A stretch of 64,000 nucleotides of DNA from the human T2T-CHM13v2.0 reference genome, Homo sapiens. Location: assembly GCF_009914755.1 (NCBI RefSeq), contig NC_060947.1; one strand, 5' to 3'. This document shows, piece after piece, positions 43,050 through 56,344 of the stretch. Made by a program: the position numbers and the translations under genes. The notes below the pieces were generated by a model, which was not told the origin of the DNA, searched no databases, and saw nothing but the letters and a program-made list of their open reading frames with translations. Positions within the stretch are counted from its first letter, which is position 1. Each line of letters begins with the position of its first letter.

Positions 43050-44600
43050 TGCTATCCCTTTCCCAAAGTCAGAAGTGACTACATTGCAGTTTAGCTATGT
43101 TAAGCTCCTGGCATTAACCACATTGCAAGATTAAAGGCACAGTTCTCCAGATTTCCAAGTCTGACCAAAGCTTCTGACCCTAGCTGCAAGCAATTATGTA
43201 ATCACCCAACTTCCTGTATCCTGCATAGGCAAAAACAATTCACCAAGAACATGCTACTGCAGTAAAGAAAGAGTTTAATTAATGTCAGGCTAGCCATGCA
43301 GTAGACTGAGATATTACTCAAGTCTCTCTCCCTGAGAACTCAGAGGCTAGGGTTTTTATAAATAATTTGGTGGGCAGGGGGCTAGGGAATGGGTGCTGCC
43401 AATTGCTTGGGAATTAAATGAGATTCTGGAACAGTCCTCGTGTGCTGAGTCCACCTCTGGATATGGGTCGCATGACTGCTTGAGTCATGAATCTCAGGTC
43501 TGGGTGGGGTAAGTTGGTTGCCAGAATGCCAAAATCTGAAGAACATCTCAAAAGGCCAATCTTAGATTCTATAATAGTGATGTTATCTATAGGAGCAATT
43601 AAGGAAGTCACAAAATTTTGTGACCTCTGAAGACATGACTCCTGAGTAGTAAGAGATTATAGAAACTATGCCTACATTTAAGCAGAATTCAGACCTTTCC
43701 TATAATTCGAATCTACCGATCTTTTGTTAGTTTTACAAAGGCAGTTTCAGTCCCGCAAAAATTAGTTTTAGGGACAGACTATTATTCTTCTTGCTTTAAT
43801 GTTAAACTATAATCTAAATTCCTCCCATGGTTAGCTTGGCATACACCCAGGAATGAGTGAAGACAGCCAGTCTGTGAGGCTAGAAGCAAGATGGAGCCAG
43901 CCATATTAGATTTCTCTCACTGTCACAACCTTTGAAAAGATGGTTTTAATTAGGGGACAATGGCAAAGTTAGAGAAAGAGTTCACACAAAACTACCCTCA
44001 CTTCTGACACCATGTATAAGTTTGGAGGTTTCCCAAAGCCATTCTCAGGTTTGATCATTCAATAGAAAGATTCACAGAACTCACTGAAAATTATACTCAC
44101 AGTTATAGTTTACTAAGGGCAAGAGTACAGAAAATTCACCAAAGTAAGAGACACATCGGGCAACATCTGGGAGGGCTTCACATGCAAAGCTTCCATTGTT
44201 ATCAGGATGTGTTACTTTCCTGTCATTAATGTGTGACAATACACACTGAATATGTCAACCACAAAGCACACCCGAACTTTGGTGTCCAGAATTTTTACTG
44301 AGTCTCCAGTAAGTAAGCATGATTGACTGATTGATTACTCCTGTGTTTGGAATTAGTCTCCAGCCTCTGTGATTTCTAGAGATCTTGCTGTTATCACGTG
44401 GTTGGAGAAACCCACTATAAGTCACCTCATTCCCATAAACTATCAGGTATGGTTCAAGGGGCCCCAAATAAATAACAAAGGCATTCCTATCTCTTGGGCT
44501 ATTCTAAGTGTTTGGAGGTTACCTCCCAGGTCCCAAAGACAAAGGCAAGCACTCTCTTTGGAAAAAGCCATAAAAGAAATCACAGAATTGAGAAAAACCA
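43050..44600. mobile_element. MER21/MER77-like LTR split by a younger LTR
   Basis: ctaccctcacttctgacacc...tcaggtttgat...tcacagaactcactgaaa. Confidence 0.65.
43197..43948 (-). mobile_element. LTR8/MER4-type ERV1 solo LTR
   Basis: tgtaatcacccaa...ctagaagcaagatggag...aaagatggtttta. 4-bp TSD atta (43193-43196, 43949-43952). Confidence 0.85.
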
Positions 44601-44678
44601 AGGAGAAGAACTATTTGCTTCCTCTGTAGAAGACACTTTCATGAATGAATTTCATTATTGACACTTTCTACTAATTTT

Positions 44679-47600
44679 TTTCTTCTAATAAAAATGGGAT
44701 ACATGTGCAGAACGTGCAGGTTTATTATATAGGTATATGTGTGCCACAGTGGTTTGCTGCACCTATTGACCAGTCCTCTAGGTTCCCTCCCCGCACCCCC
44801 CACCCCCCAACACTCACTGGTGTGTACGTTGTTCCCCTCTCCGTGTCCATATGTTCTCATTGTTCAACTCCCACTTATGAGTGACAACATGCAGTTTTTG
44901 GTTTTCTGTTCCTGTGTTAGATTGCTGAGGATGATGGCTTCCAGCTTCACCTAAGTCCCTGCAAAGGATATGATCTTAATCTTTTTTATGGCTGCATAGT
45001 ATTCCATGGTGTATATGTACAACATATTTTTTTATCCAGTCTATCATTGATGGACATTTGGGTTGGTTCCATATATGTGCTATTGTAAGTGGTGCTGCAA
45101 TAAACATATATGTGCATGTGTCTTTATAGTAGAATGATTTATATTCCTTTGCGTATATACCCAGTAATGGGATTTCTGGGTCAAATGGTATTTCTGGTTC
45201 TAGATCCTTGAGGAATCACCACACTGTCTTCCACAATGGTTGAACTAATTACATTCTCATCAACAGCATAAAAGCGCTCCTATTTCTCCATAGCCACACC
45301 AGTATCTATTGTTTCCTGACTTTTTAATAATCACCATTCTGACTGGCATGAGATGGTATCTCATTGTGGTTTTGATTTGCATTTATCTGATGATCAGTGA
45401 TGTTGAGCTTTTTTTCATATGTTTGTTAGCCACATAAATATCTTCTTTTGAGAAGTGTCTGTTCATATTCTTTGCCCACTTTTTGATGGGGTTTGTTTTT
45501 TCTTGTAAATTTGTTTAAGTTCCTTTTGAATTCTGGATATTAGACCTTTGTCAGATGGGTAGATTGCAAAAGTTTTCTCCCATTCTGTAGGTTGCCTGTT
45601 CGCTCTGATGATAGTTTTCATTTGCTGTGCAGAAGCTCTTTAGTTTAATTAGATGCCATTTGTCAATTTTGGCTTTTGTTGCAATTCTGCTTTTGGCGTT
45701 TTTGTCATGAAGTCTTTGCCCATGCCTATGTACTGAATGGTACTGCCTAGGTTTTCTTCTATTGTTTTTATGGTTTTGGATTTTACATTAAAGTCTTTAA
45801 TCCATCTTGAGTTAATTATTGTATAAGGTGTAAGAAAGGGGTCCAGTTTCAGTTTTCTGCATATGGCTAGCCAGTTTCCCCAGCAACATTTACTGAATAG
45901 GATATCTTTTTCCTACTGCTTGTTTTTGTCAAGTTTGTTGAAGATCAGATGGTTGTAGATGTGTGGTGTTATTTCTGAGGTTCCTGTTCTGCTCCATTGG
46001 TCTGTATGTCTGTTTTGGTACCAGTAACATGCTGTTTTGGTTACTGTAGCTTTGTAGTATTGCTTGAATTCAGGTAGTGTGATGCCTCCAGCTTCGTTCT
46101 TTTCGTTTAGAATTGTTTTGACTATATGGGGTCTTCTTTGATTCCATATGAAATTTAAAATAGTTTATTTCTTTTTTTTTAATTGTTACCCTTTTTTATT
46201 TTATTATTATTATACCTTAAGTTTTAGGGTACATGTGCACAATGTGCAGGTTAGTTACATATGTACACATGTGCCAGTTTATTTCTAATTCTGTGAAGAA
46301 TGTCAATGGTAGTTTAATGGGAATAGCATTGAATCTATAAATTACTTTGGTCAGTGTGGCCATTTTCACGATATTGATTCTTCCTATCAATGAGGATGGA
46401 ATGTTTTTCCATTTGTTTGCATCCTCTCTTATTTCCTTCAGGAGTGGTTTGTAGTTCTCCTCAAAGAGGTCCTTCACGTACCTTGTTAACTGTATTCCTA
46501 CATATTTTATTCTCTTGGTAGTGATTCTGAATGGGAGTTCATTCATGATTTGGCTCTTTGCTTGTGTATTGTTAATGTAAAGGAATGCTTGTGATTTTTG
46601 CACATTGATTTTGTGTCCTGAGACTTTGCTGAAATTGCTTATCAGCTTAAGTAGTTTGGGGGCTGAGATGATGATGGGGTTTTCTAAATATAAATTCATG
46701 TCATCTGCAAATAGAGAAAATTTGACTTCCTCTCTTCCTATTTGAATACCCATTGTTTCTTTCTCTTGCCTGATTGCCCTGGCCAGAACTTCCAATACTA
46801 TGTTGAATAGGAGTGGTGAGAAAGAGCATCCGTATTTTGTGCTGTTTTTCAAAGAGAATACTTCCAGCTTTTGCCCATTCAATATGACATTGGCTGTGGG
46901 TTTATCATAAGTAGCTCTTTTATTTTGAGATACATTCCATCAATACCTAGTTTATTGAGAGTTTTTAACAGGAAGGGATGTTGAACTTCATCAAAGGCCC
47001 TTTCTGCATCTATTGAGATAATCTTGTGGTTTTTGTCTTTGGTTCTGTTTATGTTATGGATTACGTTTATTGATTTGTGTATGTTGAACCAGCCTAGTAT
47101 CCTAGGGATGAAGCTGACTTGACCGTGGTGGATAAGGTTTTTGATGTGCTGTTGGATTCGGTTTGCCAGTATTTTATTGAGGATTTTCACATGATGTTCA
47201 CCAGGGATATTGGCCTGAACTTTTCTTTCTTTCTTTCTTTCTTTCTTTTTTTTTTTTTTTTTGTCATGTCTCTGCCAGGTTTTGGTATCAGGATGATACT
47301 GGCCTCATAAAATGAGTTAGGGAGGATTCCCTCTTTTTCTATTGTTTGGAATAGTTTAAGAAGGAATGGTACCATCTCCTGTTTGTATTTCTGGAAGAAT
47401 TTGACTGTGAATCTGTCTGGTCCTGGGCTTTCTTTGGTTGGTATACTATTAATTACTGCCTCAATTTCAGAACTTGTTATTGGTCTATTCAGGGATTCGA
47501 CTTCTTCATGGTTTAGTCTTGGGAGGGTGTATGTATCAAGGAATATATCCATTTCTTCTAGATTTTCTAGTTTATTTGTGGAGAGGTGTTTATAGTATTC

Positions 47601-47985
47601 TCTGATGGTAGTTTGTATTTCTATGGGTCAGTAGTGTTATCCCCTTTCTCGTTTTTTATTGTGTCTATTTGACTCTTCTCTCTTCTTTATTACTTTAGCT
47701 AGTGGTCTATCTATTTTGTTTTGTTTTGTTTTTTTCAAAAAACCAGCTCCTGGATTCATTGATTTTTCTGGAGGGCTTTTCCTGTCTCTATTTCCTTCAA
47801 TTCTTCTCTGATCTTAGTTATTTCTTGTCTTCTGCTAGCTTTTGGATTAGTTTGTTCTTGCCTCTCTAGCTCTTTTAATTGTGATGTTAGGGTGTCAGTT
47901 TGAGATCTTTCAAGCTTTCTGATGTGAGCATTTAGTGCTATAAATTTCCCTCTTAATACTGCTTTAGTTGTTCCAGAGATTCTGG
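44679..47985 (-). mobile_element. L1PA8A-like, ORF2 and 3'UTR
   Basis: RT peptides in 46217-46882, 46879-47190 and 47187-47552. 3' end aaaaatgggatacatgtgcagaac. Confidence 0.95.
46173..46276 (-). mobile_element. ~100-bp young L1PA 3' end nested in the L1PA8A-like element
   Basis: ttaagttttagggtacatgtgcacaatgtgcaggttagttac. TSD gtttatttct (46163-46172, 46277-46286). Confidence 0.92.
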
Positions 47986-48068
47986 AACAACCTGCTCCTG
48001 AATGACTACTGGGTAAATAATGAAATTAAAGCAGAAATCAAGAAATCAATTTCTTTGAAACAAATGAG
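47986..48068 (+). mobile_element. Inverted 5' segment of the L1PA8A-like element
   Basis: [20 protein letters not shown] on the plus strand. TSD 44660-44678 vs 48069-48087 (16/19). Confidence 0.9.
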
Positions 48069-48309
48069 GACAGTTTCCAGTAATTTTCATGCCAATTTTG
48101 AAAAAAAAAATATTCTAGCCAGGCTAGTTTCATATTACTATAGTTTTCCTATGGAATATTGCCATATTAAGGGGTGGTTTTTGCCAATTATTTATTTTGT
48201 TTTCAGTCTTCTTAAATTTGCAGATAAGAAGAATGCTCTCAAGTCATGTGAAGTCATGATCCCCAGCACTTTACCCAGGATTTCCACTTTCTGCAGGAAT
48301 TTGTTATTT

Positions 48310-48510
48310 TGACAGAACTGGATCAAGTTCTAATAATAACACTTATTAGCTATGTGACTTGGACAGTATAAGTAACCTCTCTAAGATTTGTTTTCTCCTT
48401 TCCAAAGTGCAAATAATAAAAACAATCTCAGATGGTTGCTCTGACAATTAAATAAGATTATATATGAGAAATCTTTATGTAGTCTCAGTATTATATGATC
48501 ACCTGCACTA
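48310..48510 (+). mobile_element. MIR
   Basis: cacttattagctatgtgacttggacag...taacctctctaag. Confidence 0.7.
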
Positions 48511-49059
48511 AAGTGAGTTGGACTCTTCCCAGTTAATAGGCCACATATCCAGACTGACGACACTTCACACACCTTGATAATTTGCAAGGAGTTTATTATT
48601 CACATCAGGAAATTGTACATAGAGCAAGGTAACTGCAAGCTGATCTGGCTAGAACGGCAAGAACAATGAGCAGAGAGTTGGTTTGACTTTTGTAATGGCG
48701 AGAGAGTGGGGCTGGAGAGGAGTTCTCACATTCAGTCTGGGGCTGTGAAGTTCAAATTTCCACAGGACCCAAAATCTCAAAAGGCATGCAGGTTTATTTG
48801 TCTATAGTACCAGATATATAGTGTTTGGGCAGGGCAGGGTAGGAGCCTAAACGCTGTGCAGTCAAATATAAAACATGGAGTCAGACTCTTCCTAACCATC
48901 AGACAAAACAGGTCTTCAATAAATGTTAGTGCTGTCCTCATTCTCCCCATAAAAGTCATGAAAGTCTTCTTTTTCGTAATGACTACTCTTAGCTAAAATT
49001 ATTAGAGGGAAAAAATATGATCAGGATGATGTCTTAACTTTTTAACACACAATACAAGG

Positions 49060-49930
49060 TCATGATGATTTTAATTCTCTGCATCTCACCTTTATTTCTC
49101 TCTACTGCCACTTTCTTCTTTACACTCTACATTCTAGTCATAGTCAACAATTTGCAGGCTCCTGAATGTGCAAGCTTTCCTTGAGCCTCTAAATGGGTTG
49201 TTTCCTAGCATGTGAATACTGGCCTACCTTCCTTTGCTTCATCAACTCTTAGTTATCCTTCAAAATTTATTTCAAGAGCAATCTCACTTATTCTTGAAGA
49301 GGCCTCCCCTGAACCTGTTCTCATTTCTAATTCTATCCTCTCTCTCACACACACACACATACACACACACACTCACACACACACACACACTAGCACACTA
49401 TCTTGGGTAAAGGGCTATCATGTGTATTTTTATACTACTTGCAAACGCCATATATCAGGGGTCCCTAAACCCCTGGTACCAGTTGGTGACTGGGCCACAC
49501 AGTGGGAGGTGAGCAGTGGGTTAGACAGCATTACCGCCTAAGCTCCGCCTCCTGTCAGATCAGTAGCTGCATTAGATTCTCATAGGAGCTCTAACAACAC
49601 TATTGTGAACCACAGATGTGCGGGATCTAGGTTGCACACTCCTTATGAGAATCTAATGCCTGATGATCTGAGGTGGCACTGTTTTATCCCCAAACCATCT
49701 ATGCCTTGGTCCATGGAAAAATTATCTTCTACAAACTGGTCCCTGATGACAAAAAGGTTGGAGACTGCTGCTGTATATAATAATTGATCAATTTTTCTCT
49801 ATTTCCTATAGAAGATCATAATAACTTTAAGGGCAAAAAATGCAACATATTTATCCTCGTATCTCTGGCCCCAGCATAGTGGCATGCATAGAGTGAGTAC
49901 CCACTAAATGTTTCAATAAGTGTAATTGGA
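49060..49930 (+). mobile_element. L2 3' fragment interrupted by (CA)n (49345-49390) and MER1B
   Basis: ccagcatagtggcatgcatagagtgagtacccactaaatgttt is the L2 3' terminus. Confidence 0.65.
49456..49770 (+). mobile_element. MER1B hAT-Charlie MITE
   Basis: TIRs caggggtccctaaacc / ggttggagactgctg. 8-bp TSD ccatatat / ctgtatat. Confidence 0.92.
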
Positions 49931-51151
49931 TAAACTATATTATACAATTGTTTTAATGACATGTAACTCTTCTGAAAATTATTTTTATTTTAAAATGAGA
50001 AAAATTTTCCTCTTTGTTAATTACTTGTTGATAGAAGTAAATGCTATAGAATCAAGTTACATGAACAATTCATAGTGGATAGAAGGTTGGTGATGTGGAG
50101 ATAGCAATATGTTTTTGCCACTGCTCTTGCTGTTATTATTATGTTTCATGATTTTTAGTATAGGAGACAACTTTCTAGGCCCTCTGCAGTCATGTTATAA
50201 GTGTATACTGGGTTCTACATTTATCTACTTGTCGATGTATAAGAGCTTTGATAATATAAGAAACCGAGGCTATTAGGAAGTACACATTAAACACATTTAT
50301 GAGAAACTGGTCACTTTTTCCTGTATTTTAGCCAAATTTTAAAATATTTAGACTACATAATTAGATACAGAATAATAATCTGTGCATCATTTTGACATAT
50401 ATAAATTCACAAAAATAAGAAGATGCTGTATATAAAGTAATGTAATCTGTTATTTAGCTTAAGACTATCTCGAGTTTTGTTGTCCAAAATCATTTTTAAT
50501 TGGTGTGTTTTATTATATAAATTAATGTAATCAAAAAATTTGAGCTAAATATTTGAATTTGTTTATGACTAGTCATTTATTTTATGGGGGAATAATTGAA
50601 ATTTGAATAACTTATGAGCCTACAACTTTTCATTTATATAGGGTGATAGCTGGAAATCCATATTTTTTCTCAGTACATATTCCATAGGACAAAGGAGCAA
50701 TATTACCTTGAATGTAAATTTTGTTGACATTTGTTCACTATTAAGAGAAATGTACTAAGCATTACTAGGATTACTTTTTGTTACAGTGCAGATGATTATT
50801 AAGAACTATAAATGGACAGATGAGTTGTCCCACAAACCAGATATCTTTGTGTAAGCATAATATGTGGCACACTTAGACAAAAATGTACCCCATAAAAACA
50901 ACTGATGATAACTTGGCCATAAGTATGATCAAGAGAGAAGACTCTTTTTATACTGTATGGATTTCTTTTTTTCTGTATGACAGTGGGTTTTTAAAAATAA
51001 ACTGTTCTACATAATTCTTGAAACACTGTTTTGTTATGGGGTGATGAGTCCTTACAGTATGGATATTTTAAAGTGGTTTTATTGAGATAAAATTGAAATA
51101 CAATAAACTACACATATTTAAGGTATACAATTTGATAATGTTTGACCTATA

Positions 51152-54100
51152 CAGTCATATGCCATATAAAAACGTTCAATTAGTGATTGAACACATATAC
51201 GATGGTGGCCCCATAAGATTTCAATGGACCTAAAATGTCCTTATAGCCTAGTGACATCGTAGACATTGTAACATCACAATACAATGAAAAACTCACATTT
51301 TTGTGGTGATGTTAGTGAAATCAAGCTTATTGTATTGCCAGTTGTACAAAAGTGATGTCACATTCAATTACATACAGTACAGAATACTTGATAATGATTG
51401 CATTAGTCTGTTTTCACACTGCTATAAAGAACTATCTGAGAATGGGTAATTTATAACGAAAATATGTTTAATTGACTCACATTTCTGCTTGGCTAGGGTG
51501 GCCTCAGGAAACTTACAATCATGACAGAAGGTGAAGGAGAAGCAAGCACCTTCTTCACAAGGCGGCAGAAGAGAGCGGGGGAAGTGCCACATTTTTAAAT
51601 CATCAGAACTTGTGAAAACTCACTCACTATCACAAGAGCAGCATGGGGGAATCTGCTCCCATGATCTGATCTCCTCCCTCCAGGTCCCAGCCCTGACACA
51701 TGGGGATTACAATTCAACATGAGATTTGGTTGGGGACACAGAAACAAACAATATCATTTTGCCCCGACCCCTCCCAAATCTCATGTCCTTCTCACATTTT
51801 AAAATACAATTATCCCTTCTCAACAGTAACCCAAAGGCTTAACTCATTCCAGCATTAACAAAAGTCCAAGTCCAGCGTCTTATCTGAGATAAGGTGAGTC
51901 CCTTCTGCTTATGAGCCTGTAAAATGAAAAAAACAAATTAGTTACTTCCAAGATACAATGGAAGTACAGGCATTGGGTAAATGCTTTCATTTCTAATGGG
52001 AGAAATTGGCCAAAACCAGGGGCTACAGGCCCCCAAGCAAGTCTGAAACCCAGCAGGACAGTAGTTAAATCTTAAACCTCCAAAATAATCTCCTTTGACT
52101 CCAAGTCTCACATCAAGGGCATGCTGATGCAAGGGGTGGGTTCCCAAGGCCTAGGGCAGCTCCCTTCCTGTGGCTCTGCAGGATACAGCCCCCTTGGCTG
52201 CTTTCACAGGCTGGCGTTGAGTGCCTGTAGCTTTTCCAGGCTCATGGTGCAAGCTGTTGGTAAATCTACCTTTCTGGAGGCTGGAGGACAGTAGCCGTCT
52301 TCTCACAGCTCCACTAGGCAGTGCCCCAGTGGAGACTTTGTAGGGGTTCCAACCTCACATTTCCCCTCCACACTGACCTACTAGAAGCTTTTCATGAAGG
52401 CTCTGCCCCTGCAGCAGACTTCTACCTAGACATGCAGGTGTTTTCAGGCATCTTCTGAAATCTTCGTGGAGGTTTTTAAACTCTTGCCTTCTGTGCACCG
52501 TCAGGCCCAACACTACGTGGAAACCACCAAGGCTTGGGGCTTGCATCCTCTGAAACAGTGGCCCAATCTGCACCTTGGCCCCTTTTAGCCATGGCTGGAG
52601 TTGGAGTGGCTGGGATGCAGAACATCATATGCTGAGGCTGCACAAAACAGTAGGGCCCTGGGCTTAGCCCACAAAACAATATTTTTTTTAAATCCTAGGT
52701 TTCTAGGCCTGTGATGAGAGGGGCTGTCATAAACATCTCTGACATGCCCTGGAGACATTTTCCCTATTGTCTTGGCTATTAACATTCAGCTCCTCTTTAC
52801 TTATGCAAATTTCTACAGCAGGCTTGAATTTCTCTCCGAAAAATGTTTTTTTTCTTTTCCTACCACATGGTTGGTAGAAAACTTGTATACTCTGCTTCCC
52901 TTTTAAACAAAAGTTCTAATTTCAGAACATCTCTTTATGAACCCATGTGACTATATGTTCTTAGGAGCAGACACTTTACATCTTGAATGCTTTGCTGCTT
53001 AGAAATTTCTTCTACCAGGTACCTTAAATCATCTCTCAAGTCCAAAGTTCCAGAGATCTCTGGGGCAGGGGGAAAATGCCATCAGTCTCTTTGCTATATC
53101 ATAACAAGAGTGAGTGACCTTTACTCCAGGTCCCAATAAGTTCCTCATCTCTATCTGAGAACACCTCAGCCTGGAATTCCCTGTCAATATCACTATCAGC
53201 ATTTTGGTCATAACCAGTCAACAAGTCTCTAGGAAGTTTCAAACTTTCTGACATCTTTCTGTCTTCTGAGCCTTTCAAACTTTTCCAAACTTTGCCCATT
53301 ACCCAGTTCCAAAGTCGCTTCCACATTTGCATGTATCTTTATAGCAGTATCCTACTTCTGGTACCAATTCTCTGTATTAGTTCATTTTCACACTGTTATA
53401 AAGAACTAACTGAGGCTGGGTAATTTATAAAGAAGAGGTTTAATTGATTCAGTTGTGACTGGGGAAGTCTCAGGAATCTTACATTCATGGCAGAAGGTAT
53501 AACAGAAGCAAGCACCTTCTTCACAAGGCGGCAGGGAAGGGGTGGGGGGAAGTCGCATAATTTTAAACTATCAGATTTCATGAAAACTCACTGTCATGAG
53601 AGCTGCATGGAGTAAATCCGCCCCCATGATCCAATCACTTGTCACCATGCCTCTCCCTTGACACATGGGGATTACAATTTGACATGAGATTTGGGTGGGG
53701 ACACAGAGCCAAACCATATCAATGATTAAACAATTATGTTACTGGTTTAGTATCTACTGAATTATACTTTTTGTTGTTATTTTAGAATGTACTCCTACTC
53801 CTTATTAAGAAAACAAAAGCTAACTGTAACACATCTGCTGACAGGTCCTTCAGGAATTATTCCAGAAGAAGGCATTATTATCCTAGGAGATGACAGCTCC
53901 ATTCACGTTATTGCCCCTCAAGACCTTCCAGAGGGAAAAGACATGGAGCTAAAAGACAGTGATATTGATGTTCTTAACCCTATGTCTGCCTAGGCTAATG
54001 TGTGTGTTTGTGTTGTAGTTTTTAACAAAAAAAAAGAGTTTAAGAAGTAAAAAATAATTAAAAAATTTTTTAAATGGAAAAAACCTTATAGAATAAGGAT

Positions 54101-54681
54101 ATAAAAATATTTTGTACAGCTATACAACATGCTTGTGTTTTAAGCTAAATGTTACGAAATAGTAAACAAGCCTTTAAAATCATTTATTATTGAAGAAAAA
54201 ATATTTCTTCATAAATTTAATGTATCCTATGGGTACAGTGTTTATAAAGTCTACAGTAATATACAATAATTTCCTAGGCTTTCACATTCACTCACCACTC
54301 ACTCATTAACTCACCCAGAGCAACTTCCAGTCCCACAAGCTTCATGCATGGTAAGTGCCTATAAAAGTATACCATGTTTTATCTTTATCTTTTATACTGT
54401 ATTGTTAGGAAACTTTTATATGTTTATATATGTTTATATACAAAAAATACTAACCATTGTGATACAAAAGCCTACAGTATTCATTGCAGTTACATGCTGT
54501 ATAGGTTTGTAGCCTAGGAGCAATAGGCTATACTGTATATATGTGTACATGTATATATATAGTCATACAGTAGGCAATATACCATTTAGATTTTTGAAGT
54601 ACACTCTGTGAAGTTTGCACAACAATGATACTAATGATGCATTTCTTAGAACATATCCCCATATTAAGTGATACATGACCA
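51152..54681. mobile_element. Tigger3(b) (GOLEM/MER7) split by THE1
   Basis: Termini cagtcatatgcc... and ...taagtgatacatgacca, with TA on both sides. Confidence 0.88.
51399..53721 (-). mobile_element. Full-length THE1D-like MaLR (LTRs 51399-51756 and 53373-53721, internal 51757-53372)
   Basis: Two similar LTRs and a perfect 5-bp TSD atgat (51394-51398, 53722-53726). Internal peptide WKRLWNWVMG...LKLPRDLL. Confidence 0.95.
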
Positions 54682-55542
54682 TATATGCACCCATAAAACC
54701 ACCACTACCATCAAGTGAATGAACATCCCATCACCGGCAAAAGGCCCCTAGTGTCACTTTATAAGCCCTTACTCACATCCCTCTCTGTACCACTCACCCC
54801 AGAAAAGCACTGAACTCCTTTCTGTCATCGTAGGTTAGATTGTATTTTGTAAAAATTGTTATATACATGAAATCATACAATATTACTCCATTTTGTCTGG
54901 CTTCTTTCATTTGGCATAATTATTCTCAGATTAATCTATGTTGTTGGATGTTTGTATTTAATTAATTTTTATCCCTGAAGAGTATTCCACTGTGTGAATA
55001 TACAACAATATGTTTATCCATTTCCCTGCCAATGAATATGTAGATCAGTTCTAGTTTTTGACTACTGTAAATAAAGTTGTCATGAATATTCATGGACAAG
55101 TCTTTGTGCAGTCATATATTATAATTTCTCTTGGGCAAACACCTAGGAGCAGGATGACTGGGTCACAGGATACATGAATGCTTCAATTTGTGAGAAACTC
55201 CCAAACTGCTTTCCTAAGCAAGGTACCATTTTATGTTCCCACCATCAGCGTATGAATGTTCAACTTGCTTCATAAAAGGATCACTTTTAAACTCAGGCTT
55301 CCACTGGGAAATTATTTTTACAACCAAAAGGAAGAGAGTGAAACTATTATTTATTTAGGATATGAATCCTGTTGTTGATTGGTGGAGTATTCTAGAAGTG
55401 TTAATTGAATCCTCTTGTTGATGCTCTCATTCAAGTGTACTATAAACTTATTTATTTTTAATTTTGGTTCTATCAATTATTGAGAAAGGGTTATTGATAT
55501 CTTTAACTATGAATGCTGGTTTGTTTATTTTTCTATGCAGTT

Positions 55543-56150
55543 TGTATTAGTTTTCTATTGTTGCCATGACATTACCACATACTTTAAAGGCTTTAGAAAC
55601 AACACAAATGTGTTATCTCATTGTTCTGTATATCAGTATTCCAGTTTGGCTTGGCAAGTTTTTCTGCTCTAGGTTTCACAATGTGGAAAGAAAGTTGTCA
55701 GTCAAACAGGGCTCTTATTGGGAGGTTTTGGAAAAATAAAAAATCACCTCAAGGCCATTTAGTTTGGTGGCTAAATTTAATTCCTTGTGTTTGTATAGCT
55801 AGGTTCCCAAATTTCTTGCTGGCTGTCTGCCAGGAACTATTTTTTTCTTTGTACCCGGAGACTACTGACACTCATTCTTATGTTTTCCAGGCTACCTCCA
55901 CCCTGGCCATGGTAGGTCAAGTCTCTCTCATAATTTGAACTTCTCCAAATTCCTTTTCTGTCTCATCTCTCAGATTGTTTTTTCAGCTTTTTACACTGTT
56001 TCTAAGAGCTCGCATAATTTCATTGAGCTCACCTGGATAATCTAATAATCTCCCCTTTTCAGCAGATTAATAATCTTAGTTTCATTTACAACATTACCTA
56101 TATTAGTGTTTAGTTGATTCACCAAATGTTTACTAGGCCATCTGAAGCTT
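55543..56150 (-). mobile_element. MLT1(E/F-like) LTR
   Basis: tgtattagttttctattgttgcc...ttaccaca...ggctttagaaacaacacaaat. Confidence 0.75.
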
Positions 56151-56344
56151 TCCCACAGCTCATGGGTACCCTCTTTGATTGATTTTTTGGTCTACGTTTA
56201 ATCTTGAATAGTTTCATTGCTGTGTCTTCAAGTTCACCAATCTTTGTTTGGCAATGTTAAATCTAATGTAATTTTCAACTTACAAATTCTGATTTTTATC
56301 TGTAAAAGTTAGATTTTGGTCTTTTTCTATTTTCCAGGTGTTCA

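Larger units (their letters stand above)
51077..55290 (-). mobile_element. L1MB-like 3' end (51077-51151 and 54682-55290) hosting Tigger3
   Basis: tttattgagataaaatt...tttgacc resumes as tatatgcacccataaaaccaccactaccatcaag. Confidence 0.75.

Noticed and set aside
46217-46882. 221-aa RT-like ORF (longest in the window)
   Set aside because: It is a fragment of dead L1 ORF2. Its C-terminus ([19 protein letters not shown]) is read-through into the nested L1 3'UTR.
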